From Lama glama (Eukaryota), in assembly GCA_028534125.1 (NCBI GenBank), contig CM052817.1, positions 99,760,001 through 99,824,000 on the forward strand: 64,000 nucleotides of DNA, in the 5' to 3' direction. Under the pieces are notes generated by a model. That model ran no database searches. It was not told where the DNA came from and saw nothing but the letters and a program-made list of their open reading frames with translations. The first letter of the stretch is position 1, and each line of letters starts with the position of its first letter. Below, in pieces: positions 1-10,719 of this stretch. The translations under genes and the position numbers were made by a program.

Positions 1-165
1 TTCTACCCACTTCAGTGTGATTTTTTTCTCATTTGCCTGATGTGTAGGAGTTGCTTGGTAGTTATTGTTTTTCCAGAGGAAATTGTTCATATGTAGCTAT
101 AGATTTAGTGTGTCTGAGAGAGGAGGTGAGTTTAGGATCTTCCTTTGTCACTATCCTGAACTGAA
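1..165 (-). mobile_element. Old L1 (L1M-type) 5'-end fragment
   Basis: gtgtgtctgagagaggaggtgagtttaggatcttcc...ctatcctgaactgaa resembles the reverse complement of mammalian L1M 5' termini (recalled consensus). Confidence 0.5.
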
Positions 166-714
166 ATTTTCAAATATGGGTTTTTGAGACCTTCCCAGAT
201 AGTACCAGCTAAAATTACTACCCTTTAAAAATGTCCTATAACTCTAATCATATTAAACCTTATTTATAGTGGTTAGGGCTGATAGTTTATTTTCCTTACT
301 GGATTACAATCGTGAAGATGATGCTGTGTTCATTTTTATGACTCCCTCAAGGACTAATGGAATGTTTGGAATTTGGTGGGTTCCTGAACTGTGTGTAAAA
401 TATTGAGAGGCAGCAAGGGAAGGAAGAAAATAAATGTATCTATACACACACACACAGTATCTTCCTTATCCTCAAAGCATATAGTTTATAAAGAAATATA
501 GTTGCATTCATATTTCATGCATTAAACCGGAGACTTCAGGTTCTAAATAAGATGGTAAACTAAAAATGGTTGCTGGCTCTCTCTCATGTACAATTCTGGA
601 GATGTCAGAAAGGAAATCTCCACAATCTGGAATAAAAGGGGAAAATTTCAACCTAATGAAGGACAGTAACCAAAAATCTACAGCAAATATCACGTTTATC
701 AGAATCTCTAGATG

Positions 715-1130
715 TGATATTATCTAGGCATGTGTTTGCCATACGTAAATGAAACCCAAACAGCAGTGGTATAAACACACAGGGATTGCTTTTTCCTCAT
801 AACAGACAGGAGGTCCGAGGATGGGCAGCACAACCTCATAAAGCATCAGTGGTGCACAGCCTCATAAAGCATCAGTGTTCTAGGTCCCTTCCACCATCTC
901 ACACACTCAGCTTTCATTCTCAGCTTCTTAAGGTGCTTTCTGCCCCTCTAGGTAACCACCATCCAGACAGGAGGAAGGGGATGGAGAGAAGGGTAAAGGG
1001 ATGAGGACCAAGCCAGCTGGGCTTTCTGAAAGCACACACCGGTTTGTCCTCCTAACATCCCATTGGCTTGGACTGTGTTACACAACCACCTTTAGTTGCA
1101 AAGGCAGCTGCATATTGTTTCTATAAACAA
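715..1130 (-). mobile_element. Degenerate MaLR (MLT1-like) LTR with an internal 26-bp tandem duplication (828-879)
   Basis: MLT1-type motifs aaacccaaacagcagtggtataaac and cccattggcttggactgtgttacacaaccacctttagttgcaaaggcagctg; the unit gcaca(a/g)cctcataaagcatcagtg(g/t)t occurs twice. Confidence 0.5.
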
Positions 1131-1779
1131 AATTGGTTTCTGGTAGAAAGCGAAAAATAGAGACTTGAAATTGGATTGACAACGGGTAGTTTCTGCTTTG
1201 TATTTGCTTTAGGTTTGAGAAAAACACAGTGATCCACACCATGACCACTACCTTTCAAATTAGTATTTGACGGCTTGGCCATTGCAAAAAGACAAAAAAA
1301 AAAAAAGTGACATATCACTGTCATATTTCTGCTACAAACTGCAGAAACTATATCTAGCTGGCTTAAAAGAAAGTAACTTATTAAGCAATATTAATTACCT
1401 TATTGAGTCTATAAAGCTGACCACAGATGCAAATTTGGAGCCTACGCAACTAGGAACAACACCCAAATCCAGATCTGCTCCTCACAACTCTACCAATCTG
1501 GGTACTGGGTGTTACTGGGTGTTACGGGGTACTGGCAAAAATTTCTGCCACAAGCCAATCTGTGTCTTCTGCCTCTCTTCTGCAATGACTCCTCATAGAG
1601 CTTTATTCTTTACTTCATCAATCTCCCTTTCAAAGTCTGCATTCTAGTTGCACAGGAGTCTGGAAAAAGCAAATTTCTGTCTCTTGTCATGGGAGCTGGG
1701 AATTTATCAGGAGAGAAACCTCTTTGAATATCTAGGAAGGATATTTAAACATGCTAGGTGGCTGGAAAGAGTGATAAAT

Positions 1780-2582
1780 ATCTGTTACAACATAGAAGGA
1801 TGGGAAAGAAAGGGACAAAATTCTCATTTTCAGATGTTTATCTTTTACATAAATACCTCTTCAATTCAATCAATCTTTAGAACTAATAAGAGAGTTCAGC
1901 CAGACAGCCAGATATGTGATCAATATATAAAAATTCACTCCTCTTTAACAACAGCAACCAATTAGAAATTTTAACACAAGATATTTTAATAGCAACAAAA
2001 CCCTATAACATACAGAAATTAAGCTAATAAAGAATACAAAAATACTGGAAATATTGCATGACTCTGTTAAAGGATATTAAAAATACCTAAAAAGCAAAAT
2101 ACCATGATAATAGATAAGATGATTTAACATTTTAAATGTTTAATTCCTCCAAAATTAATCTGTAAATGCAGTATAATTTTTTAAAAATTCCAGAAGGATT
2201 TTGGGAGGTAGATCAATAAAATGATTCTGAAATATATTTGGTGAATATCTAAAGGCAATTTTGAAAAATAAACCAAAGCAATTGAAACAGTGTCACAGGA
2301 TCAAATCTTTAAGCCAAGAGGGCAGAGTAGAAAGTCATGAAACAGGCCTGTATACATACATATGGGAATTTGTTATATGATAGAGAAATAAAATCAGAAG
2401 AATTGATGGATTATTTAGTAAATAGTAATGAGAAAATTTTCTCATTGTAAGGAGGAAAATACAATCAGATCCCTATTTTACATAAAAGTAAACTCCAAAT
2501 GTATTTTTTAAAAATCTAAAGGTCAAATGTAAAATGAAAGAAGAAAATACAGGAGACTATCAGGAAAGGAAAGGATTTCTTT
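1780..2582 (+). mobile_element. Ancient L1 ORF2 3'-region fragment, host of the LDHB retrocopy
   Basis: A-rich decayed ORF2 motifs (ttagaactaataagagagttcagc; aaattaatctgtaaatgcagt; attattcagtaaatggt-like; aaactccaaatg), ending at aggatttctt, which resumes after 3917. Confidence 0.65.
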
Positions 2583-3906
2583 TTTTTTTTCTTCACACTA
2601 TGACAGTTGTATTTTATTTGTTCAAGGACTCATATTGCAAGCATTAAACCAAGCATGGGCTTTGATTCTGTGAACCCAGATTCAGAGATTTAGGAAGATA
2701 AAAGAAAACTGAGCCCCATGTACATGGATGAAAACTAAAGGCTCATGGTTAATTACATTGTAGTTTTTAAGTTTCTACAACCTAGAACTAGAAGCCAGTA
2801 GTCATGGGTCCTTTAGATCCTTCTGGATGTCCCATAGGGTGTCTGCACTTTTCTTGTGTTGGGCAACCTCATCATCCTTCAGCTTCTGGTTGATAAAACT
2901 GGTTAATCCTCAAGCATTCAGGATACATGGAAAGCTCAGGAAGACTTCATTCTTGATGTCATACATCCCCCTTACCATTGCTGGCACTGGGTGAATCCTG
3001 GAGATATTTTTCAACACGGATTCAATACTATCAGCCACACTTAATCTAATAGCCCAGTTGGTGTACCCCTTTAGGTTGATGACTTCATAGGCACTGTTAA
3101 CCACCATCTTATGCACTCCTTCCAATTTTCACTATCATTGTCCATTCCCATTTCTGGATTCAGTTCCTGGAGAGAAACGGCTGCCACTTTCACCCCACTC
3201 CACATAACCACACTTGAGTTGCCATGTTCTCCCAAAATCCATCTGTGGCAGCTGCTGGGATGAATGCCAACTTTTTCCGCCATAAGATAACGGAATCTAG
3301 TAGAATCCAGACTACACCCATTTTCAATCACACAGTGTTTGGGTAATACAGTTAGTCTCCAGGTAATATATGTGAGAATATCCACTGGGTTAGAAACCAC
3401 AATTATGATGCAATCAGGACTGTACTTGATGATCTGAGGAATGATGAACTTGAAGACATTAACGTTCCTCTGCACCAGATTGAGACAACTCTCCCCCTCT
3501 TGCTGGAGAACTCCTGCAGTCAAAACCACAAACTTGAGATTGGCGGTCACAGAGTAATCTTTATCTGCCACATTTTTTTGGTGTCTGAAGAAACAAGCCC
3601 CATGCAGAAGATCCGTCATTTTGCCTTTGTGTTTATCTTCCAAAATATCCACAAGAGCAAGCTCATCAGCCAGAGACTTTCCCAAAATGCTGATGGCACA
3701 TGCTGTGCCAACTTTCCAGCACCCACTACAGTGATCTTACTGTTGGGGACCATTGCCTCTCCTTCTGCAACTGGTGCGATCAGCTTTTCCTTAAGAGTTG
3801 CCATTGTGCACAGGGGTGAGAAAATTCTCTAGATGGCTGTAAGGGTGCCACAAAGAAGACAAGGTCAGCAGCATGTGTCTCCTCCAGCACAGGATCTGCA
3901 AAGAGC
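2583..3906 (-). pseudogene. LDHB: Full-length processed pseudogene of L-lactate dehydrogenase B (former CDS 3804->2802)
   Basis: Three overlapping ORFs give [14 protein letters not shown]..., [12 protein letters not shown]...[11 protein letters not shown]...GEHG..., and [21 protein letters not shown]..., ending KDLKDP-TGA. Intronless, with 5' UTR (3805-3906), 3' UTR, AATAAA (2613-2618, minus) and poly(A) (T-run 2580-2590). 11-bp TSD aggatttcttt at 2572-2582 and 3907-3917. Frameshifts near 3713, 3598, 3575 and 3118; in-frame TGA at 2910-2912. Confidence 0.97.
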
Positions 3907-3922
3907 AGGATTTCTTTAATAA

Positions 3923-4230
3923 GGTTGCAGGTTGGGTCCTCTGGGAAACGGTCTGTAAGATAGAGATTTCACGCGGGAAGTTTATTGGGATATGGTCTCA
4001 ACACAGATGGAGGAATGAAAGAACCAGGATCCTTCTGAATTGAAACTTGAACTGGGGCAGTCTCAGTCTGATTCCATGAGGAGCTCTGGAGTTGGGACAG
4101 CTTTTCTGATTTGGACTGAGTAGACTCAACCTTTATTCTTTGCATAGACTAGTCATTGGATGCAGGCTGTCCCCAAGAAGTGGGCATGACCCTGGGAAAG
4201 GCAGCTAGTCAGGGACATTGCCAGAGTTTC
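3923..4230 (-). mobile_element. ERVL-class LTR fragment (LTR16-like)
   Basis: gttgcaggttgggtcctctgggaaacggtctgtaagatagagattt...gtttattgg is the reverse complement of the typical 3' end of this LTR class, including its AATAAA. Confidence 0.55.
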
Positions 4231-4234
4231 CCAC

Positions 4235-4550
4235 CTCCTCCTCTTGGCTATTGGGTACAAATGCTGCTAAGAACATATGTATACAAATATCTCTTTCAGA
4301 TCCTGCTTTCAATTCTTTTGGATATACACTCAGAAGTGGAATTGCTTGATCATATGGTAGTTCAATTTTTAACTATATGAGAACTTCCTTAATATTTCCC
4401 ACAGTGGCTGTACCATTTTTCATCCCCACCAACAGTGTACAAGGCTTCCAATTTCTTCACATCCTCCCCAACACTTTTATTTTCTGTTTTTGGGATAGTA
4501 GCCCTCCTAATGGGTATGAGGTGATATCTCATAGTTTTGACTTGCGTTTT
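4235..4550 (-). mobile_element. L1MA/MB-type fragment
   Basis: aatgctgctaagaacat...cccagaagtggaattgct-like...ccaccaacagtgtacaagg...atgggtatgaggtgatatctc: canonical antisense L1 ORF2 3' end. Confidence 0.8.
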
Positions 4551-4570
4551 TAAATCCAATTAAAAAAAAA

Positions 4571-5022
4571 TTCTTCCAATCCAAGAGCATGGGATATATT
4601 TCCATTTCTTTAAATCACCTTTAATTTCCTTTATCAACATTCTATTTCACTTCTAGTGATTGGACTGTTCAAGTGGTCTATTTCTTCTTGATTCAGTTTT
4701 GGTGGATTGTATGTTTCTAGAAACGTGTTCACTTCTTCTTGGTCGTCCAATTTGTTGCCATATAGTTGTTCATAGTATTCTCTCTCTCTCTCTCTCTTTT
4801 TATTTCTGTGGTGTTGGTTGTAATTTCTCCATTTTCCTTTCTTATTTTATTTATTTGTGTCCTCTCTCTTTTCTTCTTGGTGAGCCTGGCCAGAGGTTTA
4901 TGTAATTTGTTTACTCTTTCAAAAAACCAGCTCTTGGTTTGATTGATTTTTTTCCTATTGATTTTTTAATCTCTATTTTATTTATTTCCTCCCTGATCTT
5001 TATTATTTCTTTCCTTCTGCTT
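4571..5022 (-). mobile_element. Younger L1 ORF2 internal fragment (two joined pieces)
   Basis: ttcttccaatccaagagcatggg... followed by ...ctttcaaaaaaccagctcttggtttgattgattttt...tttattatttctttccttctgc. Confidence 0.8.
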
Positions 5023-5347
5023 ATCCAATTTATTTTTTAAAAGTAAAAATTTTGTCTTTTATAATTGTAAAAGCAATACATGCTCATTGTAGAAAATTTG
5101 GAAAATTTAAAAAATCATAGTGAAAAATATCTCAGAATCCTGTTACTTTAAAATAATCAGTGCTAAAATTTTAATAAACTTTGAATAGTTTTGAGAAATA
5201 ATAATAGTAGTAAGTAATGGCTTGTGCTTAATTTATCAAACAAGTGTTTAGCATAGGAAAATAAAATTTCCATAATTAAAAAAAAACAATGCTAATACTT
5301 TGGTTTGTATTTGTGTCTTTCCAGTCTTTTTTCTGTCCATATTTCTG

Positions 5348-5510
5348 GATGGCTGATGCTAAGCCATACTGCCCCTTCTAGGTGAATGCAACCCTGCACC
5401 AGGGTGTGTGGCTTGATAAGCAGGGCACAGCTGGATTTCAAATCTCACTTGTCCCTAGGGCAGGGACACTGTGCAGTGAAGGACTTGTACAACCATATGT
5501 TATAGTTCTG
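5348..5510. mobile_element. Possible MER91-like hAT MITE
   Basis: gggcagggacactgtgcagtgaaggacttgtacaaccatatg resembles the MER91 terminal motif. Confidence 0.35.
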
Positions 5511-7364
5511 AATGTACCTATGGATTTTGTTTTATATATATATTTTTAATAAAATATGAGAGCACACTATTTGGTAAACTATGCTTGGATAGAATATAAT
5601 TAATTTCAGTTCGTTCCTATTTGTCAGTTAAATTGTTCTCAAAGTTTGGATATTACAAAATCTTGTTGGTATGACAATACTTGTACATAAATCTTTATAT
5701 TTAGAATTATTTCCTTATGAAAAATTTACTAGAAATTGCCTTGAAAATTAAATTTACTAAGTGCTATTATGTGCCCTAGACTGTACTCAGAAATACATAG
5801 ATAGAGATATACAATCCTCATTACAGACCAATGGTGTAGGTAGGTACTCTGGTTATTGTTTTTGGAGAGAAAGCTGAGGCACAACAGAAATGAATAAGAA
5901 TACTTAGTTATCTGATCCAGGTCACAAAGCTGGAAAGCAGTAGAAGTGGGTTTTGAACACGTCTGTCAGCTGCATCTGTTGTAGAGCCTGGGCCCTTAAC
6001 ACGCTATGGTGATTCACTTTTAAAGAGAAGACAGATGGATTTGAGAAGAGTTTTAATAATAAATAAGCCTTACATCATCAGTGGAGTAGACCCTGACCAC
6101 TTGACAATTTCCACAGGAGACAAGACCATTCAAAAAGCAATAGGTTTTTATTAACGTATTTGTTAGAAAGAAGAATTTCTTGACAGGATGATTGGTATTC
6201 TAATAGGATATACATGGTTCATTTCTGAGCTCTTCTTAAGAAAAGCAACTTTAGAAGGCAATTTAAATTTAGATTGAATTTGACTACAAATGATAAATCT
6301 TCATGTTTTTTTAGTTTAGATTCCAAGTTATCTGGGTCAATGATGGGATTGTGTTGATGTCCTCATCTCAGACGGTTCACTTCCCTAAGATACACCTTAG
6401 CTTCTGTTTTTGTTAAACAGAGGGTGATACCCTTTGTCCGCTTCCTTACAGAGATGTTAAGATATTGACTTCAGTCTTCCAAGCTCTGTGAAAGATGAAT
6501 GTATGCAAGTGCATGCGTTAATGAGATACTGCTCTCTTTTATTCATATAATTCTGGATTTTTGATATTTTAAGTATTTAATAGCTTGAGAAATGTATACA
6601 ATTTAAGACATAATTACATTTTTAAGTGGGGCTATAGGAGGTAAGATAAAGGAGGAAGTCTTATCTGGCTTCTAAGAAATCTAATTTCAGTACTTACACA
6701 TTTTGTATACACAGCTAAAGAGGGTAAAAATAAATAAAATGAGAAATTAATGAAAAGTACTAGTTAGAAATGGTTGATATTATGTTATTGACATATGCAT
6801 TCACAACCAATGTGCTTATTTCTAACTTCTTAGCTAATTATTGTAACTTCTAAAGCAGTAGGGTTCAAATCAATTGCTGTTTCCTGGATGCATAATATTA
6901 AAAATGCATCTCCAAACCAGAACCCATATCTTGCTGGTGGGAGTGAAAATTGGGATAAGCACTTTGAAAACCTGTTTGGCAGTATTAACTAAATCTTACT
7001 GATATACACAGCCTGTCATCCAGCAATTACACTTCTAAGAGAATGTATACTTGCTTATGGCAGAAAACTTGGAAATAGAGAAAAGCACAAAGAAGACAAT
7101 AAAAATAAACTGTCATCCTAGTATGGAGGTACAACTATTGACATTATTAAGGAAAATCATATTTTACACACTGTTTGGTAGCAGACTTATTTCATATAAT
7201 AAGGTATTGTGAACATGTTTCCATTTAGTAGATATTCAACAATATTTAAAAAACATGTTATAATATTATAACATGACTAAACCATAACATATAGTACTTA
7301 TCATAATTCTGTCTTGTTGGATACTTAGGATCTTTCTAACTTTTTCACTACATTTAAATAACAT

Positions 7365-7442
7365 AGGTCAGTGGTAGAGTGCATGCTTAGCATGCACGCG
7401 GTCCTGGGTTCAATCCCCAGTAACTTCACTAAAACAAAAAAG
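7365..7442 (+). mobile_element. tRNA-derived camelid SINE (Vic-1 type), short form
   Basis: tcagtggtagagtgcatgcttagcatgcacgcggtcctgggttcaatcccc (A/B boxes), A-rich tail, TSD ttaaataacat at 7354-7364 and 7443-7453. Confidence 0.85.
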
Positions 7443-8144
7443 TTAAATAACATTGTAATGGACATTCTTATATATACATTTTTAGCAAACATTTGAATAT
7501 TAGAATAAATTCCTAGAAGTGAAATTTCTGATAAGTTTTAAATATTTAGATATAAATTGCTAAAAATTACTGTATCTTATATTCCTTTCAGCATGGTATG
7601 TTATTGTCCAGTATCCAACAATAGGCATAATTATTATTTCTAATCCTTGCCAAATTTATAAATAAAAACAATTGCCTCTTTTTATAGCTTTACTTAATAT
7701 GGTTGGATTTTTTAAAATATTGGCTTTTTTTTTTAGAATTCTCTGTTCATTTCCTTTGACTATTTTTCTATTCTTACATCTTATTTGTTTGAAAGAATCC
7801 TTTATGAGGAATAGCAACCAACATTCTTTCCTTATTTCATGTGTTGTAGTTTTTTTTTAAGCTTTACTACAAACTTTCTATATTTCAAATTTCTTTTCCA
7901 AGCCATCAAACAATAATACTTTGATTTGTCCCCTTGAGGAAGCAGAACTTAGGAGAAACTATCACAGATAGATAGCATTAGGCACCTTTGTTGGACTTCA
8001 TTTCTTATGTTTTCATTTCATGTCCTTTCTCTCCCATTTTCTTTTCCCTCTTCTTTACTTTTAGGAAAACTATTTCTGCTAAAACAATGACTGTTTCACT
8101 CCCAGAAGGCATAATGGGTATATATGAAATTCATATTTGCAGGG

Positions 8145-8290
8145 GGGGAACTAACATTCTTAAGTGCCTACCAGGTGTCAGGTACTATACCAGACACTTC
8201 ACTACATTAATTCATGTCATCCTTAAAACAACCCTAATGAAGTAGGTATTACTTCCTTCATTTTATAAGCTGAGGAAATTGAAGATCATT
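8145..8290 (-). mobile_element. MIR SINE
   Basis: ccttaaaacaaccctaatgaagtaggtattacttccttcattttataagctgaggaaattga = antisense MIR core. Confidence 0.7.
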
Positions 8291-8335
8291 CAAATTACAT
8301 GTCCTTTCTTTCCTGTCTTCTTCCCTTTGGCCTTC

Positions 8336-8668
8336 TTTTTTAAATTTAAATTTATTTTTTTTTTAAATTGAAGTACAGTCAGTTACAACGTGTTAATTTC
8401 TGGTGTACAGCATAATAGTTCAGTCATACATGTACATACACACATTCATTTTCATATTCTTTTTCATCATAGGTTACTACAAGATATCAAATATAGTTCC
8501 CCTGTGCTATACAGTATAAACTTGTTTATCTATTTTATATATAGTAGTTATTATCTGCAAATCTTGAACTCCCAATTTATTCCTCCCCCCCATCCTTGTA
8601 ACCATAAGTTTGTTTTCTGTGTCTGTGAGTCTGTTTCTGCTTTGTAACTAAGTTCATTTGTCTTTTTT
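8336..8668 (-). mobile_element. Young lineage-specific L1, 5'-truncated 3' UTR
   Basis: T-rich tail + aattgaagtacagtcagttacaacgtg...tttctggtgtacagca...aaccataagtttgttttctgtgtctgtgagtctg; the same family recurs about ten times in the window. Confidence 0.85.
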
Positions 8669-8689
8669 GGTTTTACCTCCAACTTACTC

Positions 8690-9440
8690 CTTCTGAAGTC
8701 TTCACCATCTTTGTTACTGCAATTCTATTCTTCCAGCTGCTCTGGCCAAAAACCTCAGAGTCAGCCTTGTCTCTTTCCTTCACACTCCACAGCTAGTCTG
8801 TGAGGAATCCTTGTGGGGTCATCACTGCCAACCCCATCTCCATGGTCCAATTGCTCCACTCTTACTCCTGGATTATTTCAGTAGCCTTGGGATAGGTTTC
8901 TGCTTCAGCCTTTACCCCTTACTGTCTACTTTCAACCCAGCAGTGATCCTATTACAGTGTGTCAGAGGATGTCACTTTTCTACACAAAACCCTCCAATGG
9001 CTTCCAACTCACTCAGAGTAAAAGCCTCATTTGATCCTTCCTACTCTTACCTCTCCGACTGCTCCTTTCTGCCACCTTGGCCTCTTGGTTGCTCCCAGCA
9101 CACACAGGCACATTCCTGCCTCGGAGCTTTTGTACGTGCTGTGCTTTCTGCCTCAGAAGTTGCCTGCCCGGATATCTTGTTCCCCAGACTCCTTCAGGCC
9201 TTTGCTCAAATATTATGTCCAGAGGCTTTCTTTGATCATCTCTTACTCTTTTCTCCCCCAGTCTAATTTTTCTCCATTGCGTTTCTAATTATATGACAGA
9301 CCACATATTTTCTTTATCATCTGTCTCTGCCGCCTGGAAGGCTAGGATTTTTATGTTTTTGTTCTCTGCTGTGTCCCCGAGCCTTAGAGGGATGCCTAGC
9401 ACGCAAAAAACACTCAATAAATATTGGTTGAGTAAATGAT
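8690..9440 (+). mobile_element. L2 LINE 3' region
   Basis: aaaaccctccaatggcttcc...actcagagtaaaagc, and terminal gcctagcacg...cactcaataaatattggttgagtaaatg. Confidence 0.8.
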
Positions 9441-10719
9441 CCTCCCACTTCCTAATTGTTAGAACAGGCCAAGGGGACTCGCTGGGCAAAACCTCCCCAC
9501 TCCTACCCCAGCTTTTTTTTAGGAGCCGCTTGTCTGCACTTGTTATCGGTGGAAGGCTGATAAATCCCAAGAAGTATTCGCAGCAAATGCATTCCTGCTG
9601 CCTTCATCAAGTACAGCAGTGGTGGGAGACTTACAGAAGGAAGTGTGAGGTTTGCATCCTCTGATTACCATGGGTGCAAGAGAGAACCTGAAACTAGATA
9701 TACTTGATTTTGGTTGTCTCCGGGTGGCATTCATCGAGAATGCAAGGAGGAAGATACTTCCTCCAAAGGAGAATCTGATGCCGTGCCAGCAGGGTGCCAC
9801 CACAGTGGGAGAAGCTCCACATCCGCCTTTGCAAGACATGGTGTGGCCCAACCTGCTCAGATTGAGGCTCAGCTCAAGTTTCAGCCACATCAACTGTAGG
9901 GTTCTGAATATGTCAAGAGGGCCTCTAACCAAGAATTTGATTCCTCCTCCGGGATTTAAAGTCCAGAAAGCAGACCTCTGTCTTTGCCACCCAAGAACGG
10001 AAGGTGTGTGGGAGGCAGAGGAATGGACTGGGGAGGTGGCGATGCCAGCCTGGCAATGGGCACCGTCTCTGGTGAAGGGCAGCTAGCTGGCCAACCAGCG
10101 GACGGGCCGTCCAGGGTCCGAGATCTGGGCTCTGGGAAGGATGGTGAGACAGGGCAGTGCCAAAGGCCCTCACCACTCTCGGGGTGGTGCGGAAATTGAT
10201 CCCGACGTGCTCTCCCATCTTCCGCGGAGTCCTGAGTTGGGGAAGCTTCCCTTTCGCCCTAGAATTGTCCGAATTAAAGAGCCCTCATTTTCAGGAGGAA
10301 AATCGCTAGTGAACTGCACACATATCCTGACGGACAACTCCGATAACGCTGACTCCCCTTGAAAAACAAACCAGCCGCCCCGCCCCGCTCTCCTCCGGGT
10401 CCCAGAACCTGGGCACGTTATTAACATCTAAGAAGCCTCGTCTCCCCCTGCCCACTTCGGGGAGTTTGCCAGAAGTGCAAGGCGAACGTTTCCATCCCTC
10501 AATTCGCCTCTCAGCAGGCTGTAATAACATTTTAGGAAAAAAAGAAACTGTAGTGGGGAAAGGGCGCCGATGGCTGCCGTTAAACCTCTGGGAAGTGAGA
10601 AATCTAAAACGTCTCAGTAGGAGTAGATCTAAATTTCAAAGTAGAGTCGTCTGACTTTCTCCACTCAGCAGAACCCAAGAAACGAGCCTTTTAGCCGTAC
10701 TGTAAGGCTGATTTATTTT

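Noticed and set aside
828..879. CRISPR-like or regulatory repeat array
   Set aside because: Only two adjacent 26-bp units with no spacer, in a eukaryotic LTR relic; a simple tandem duplication.
3071..3685. 204-aa LDH-like ORF as a functional CDS
   Set aside because: Fragment of a frameshifted retrocopy; it opens at a TTG rather than ATG, lacks the N-terminal GxGxxG motif and has lost active-site arginines.
7365..7430. tRNA-Ala gene (also at 39741 and 52921)
   Set aside because: A-rich tails, TSDs and a broken acceptor stem identify these as SINEs.
9543..10218. 129-144 aa ORFs upstream of the CpG island
   Set aside because: No recognisable homology or consistent splice structure; overlapping frames on both strands.
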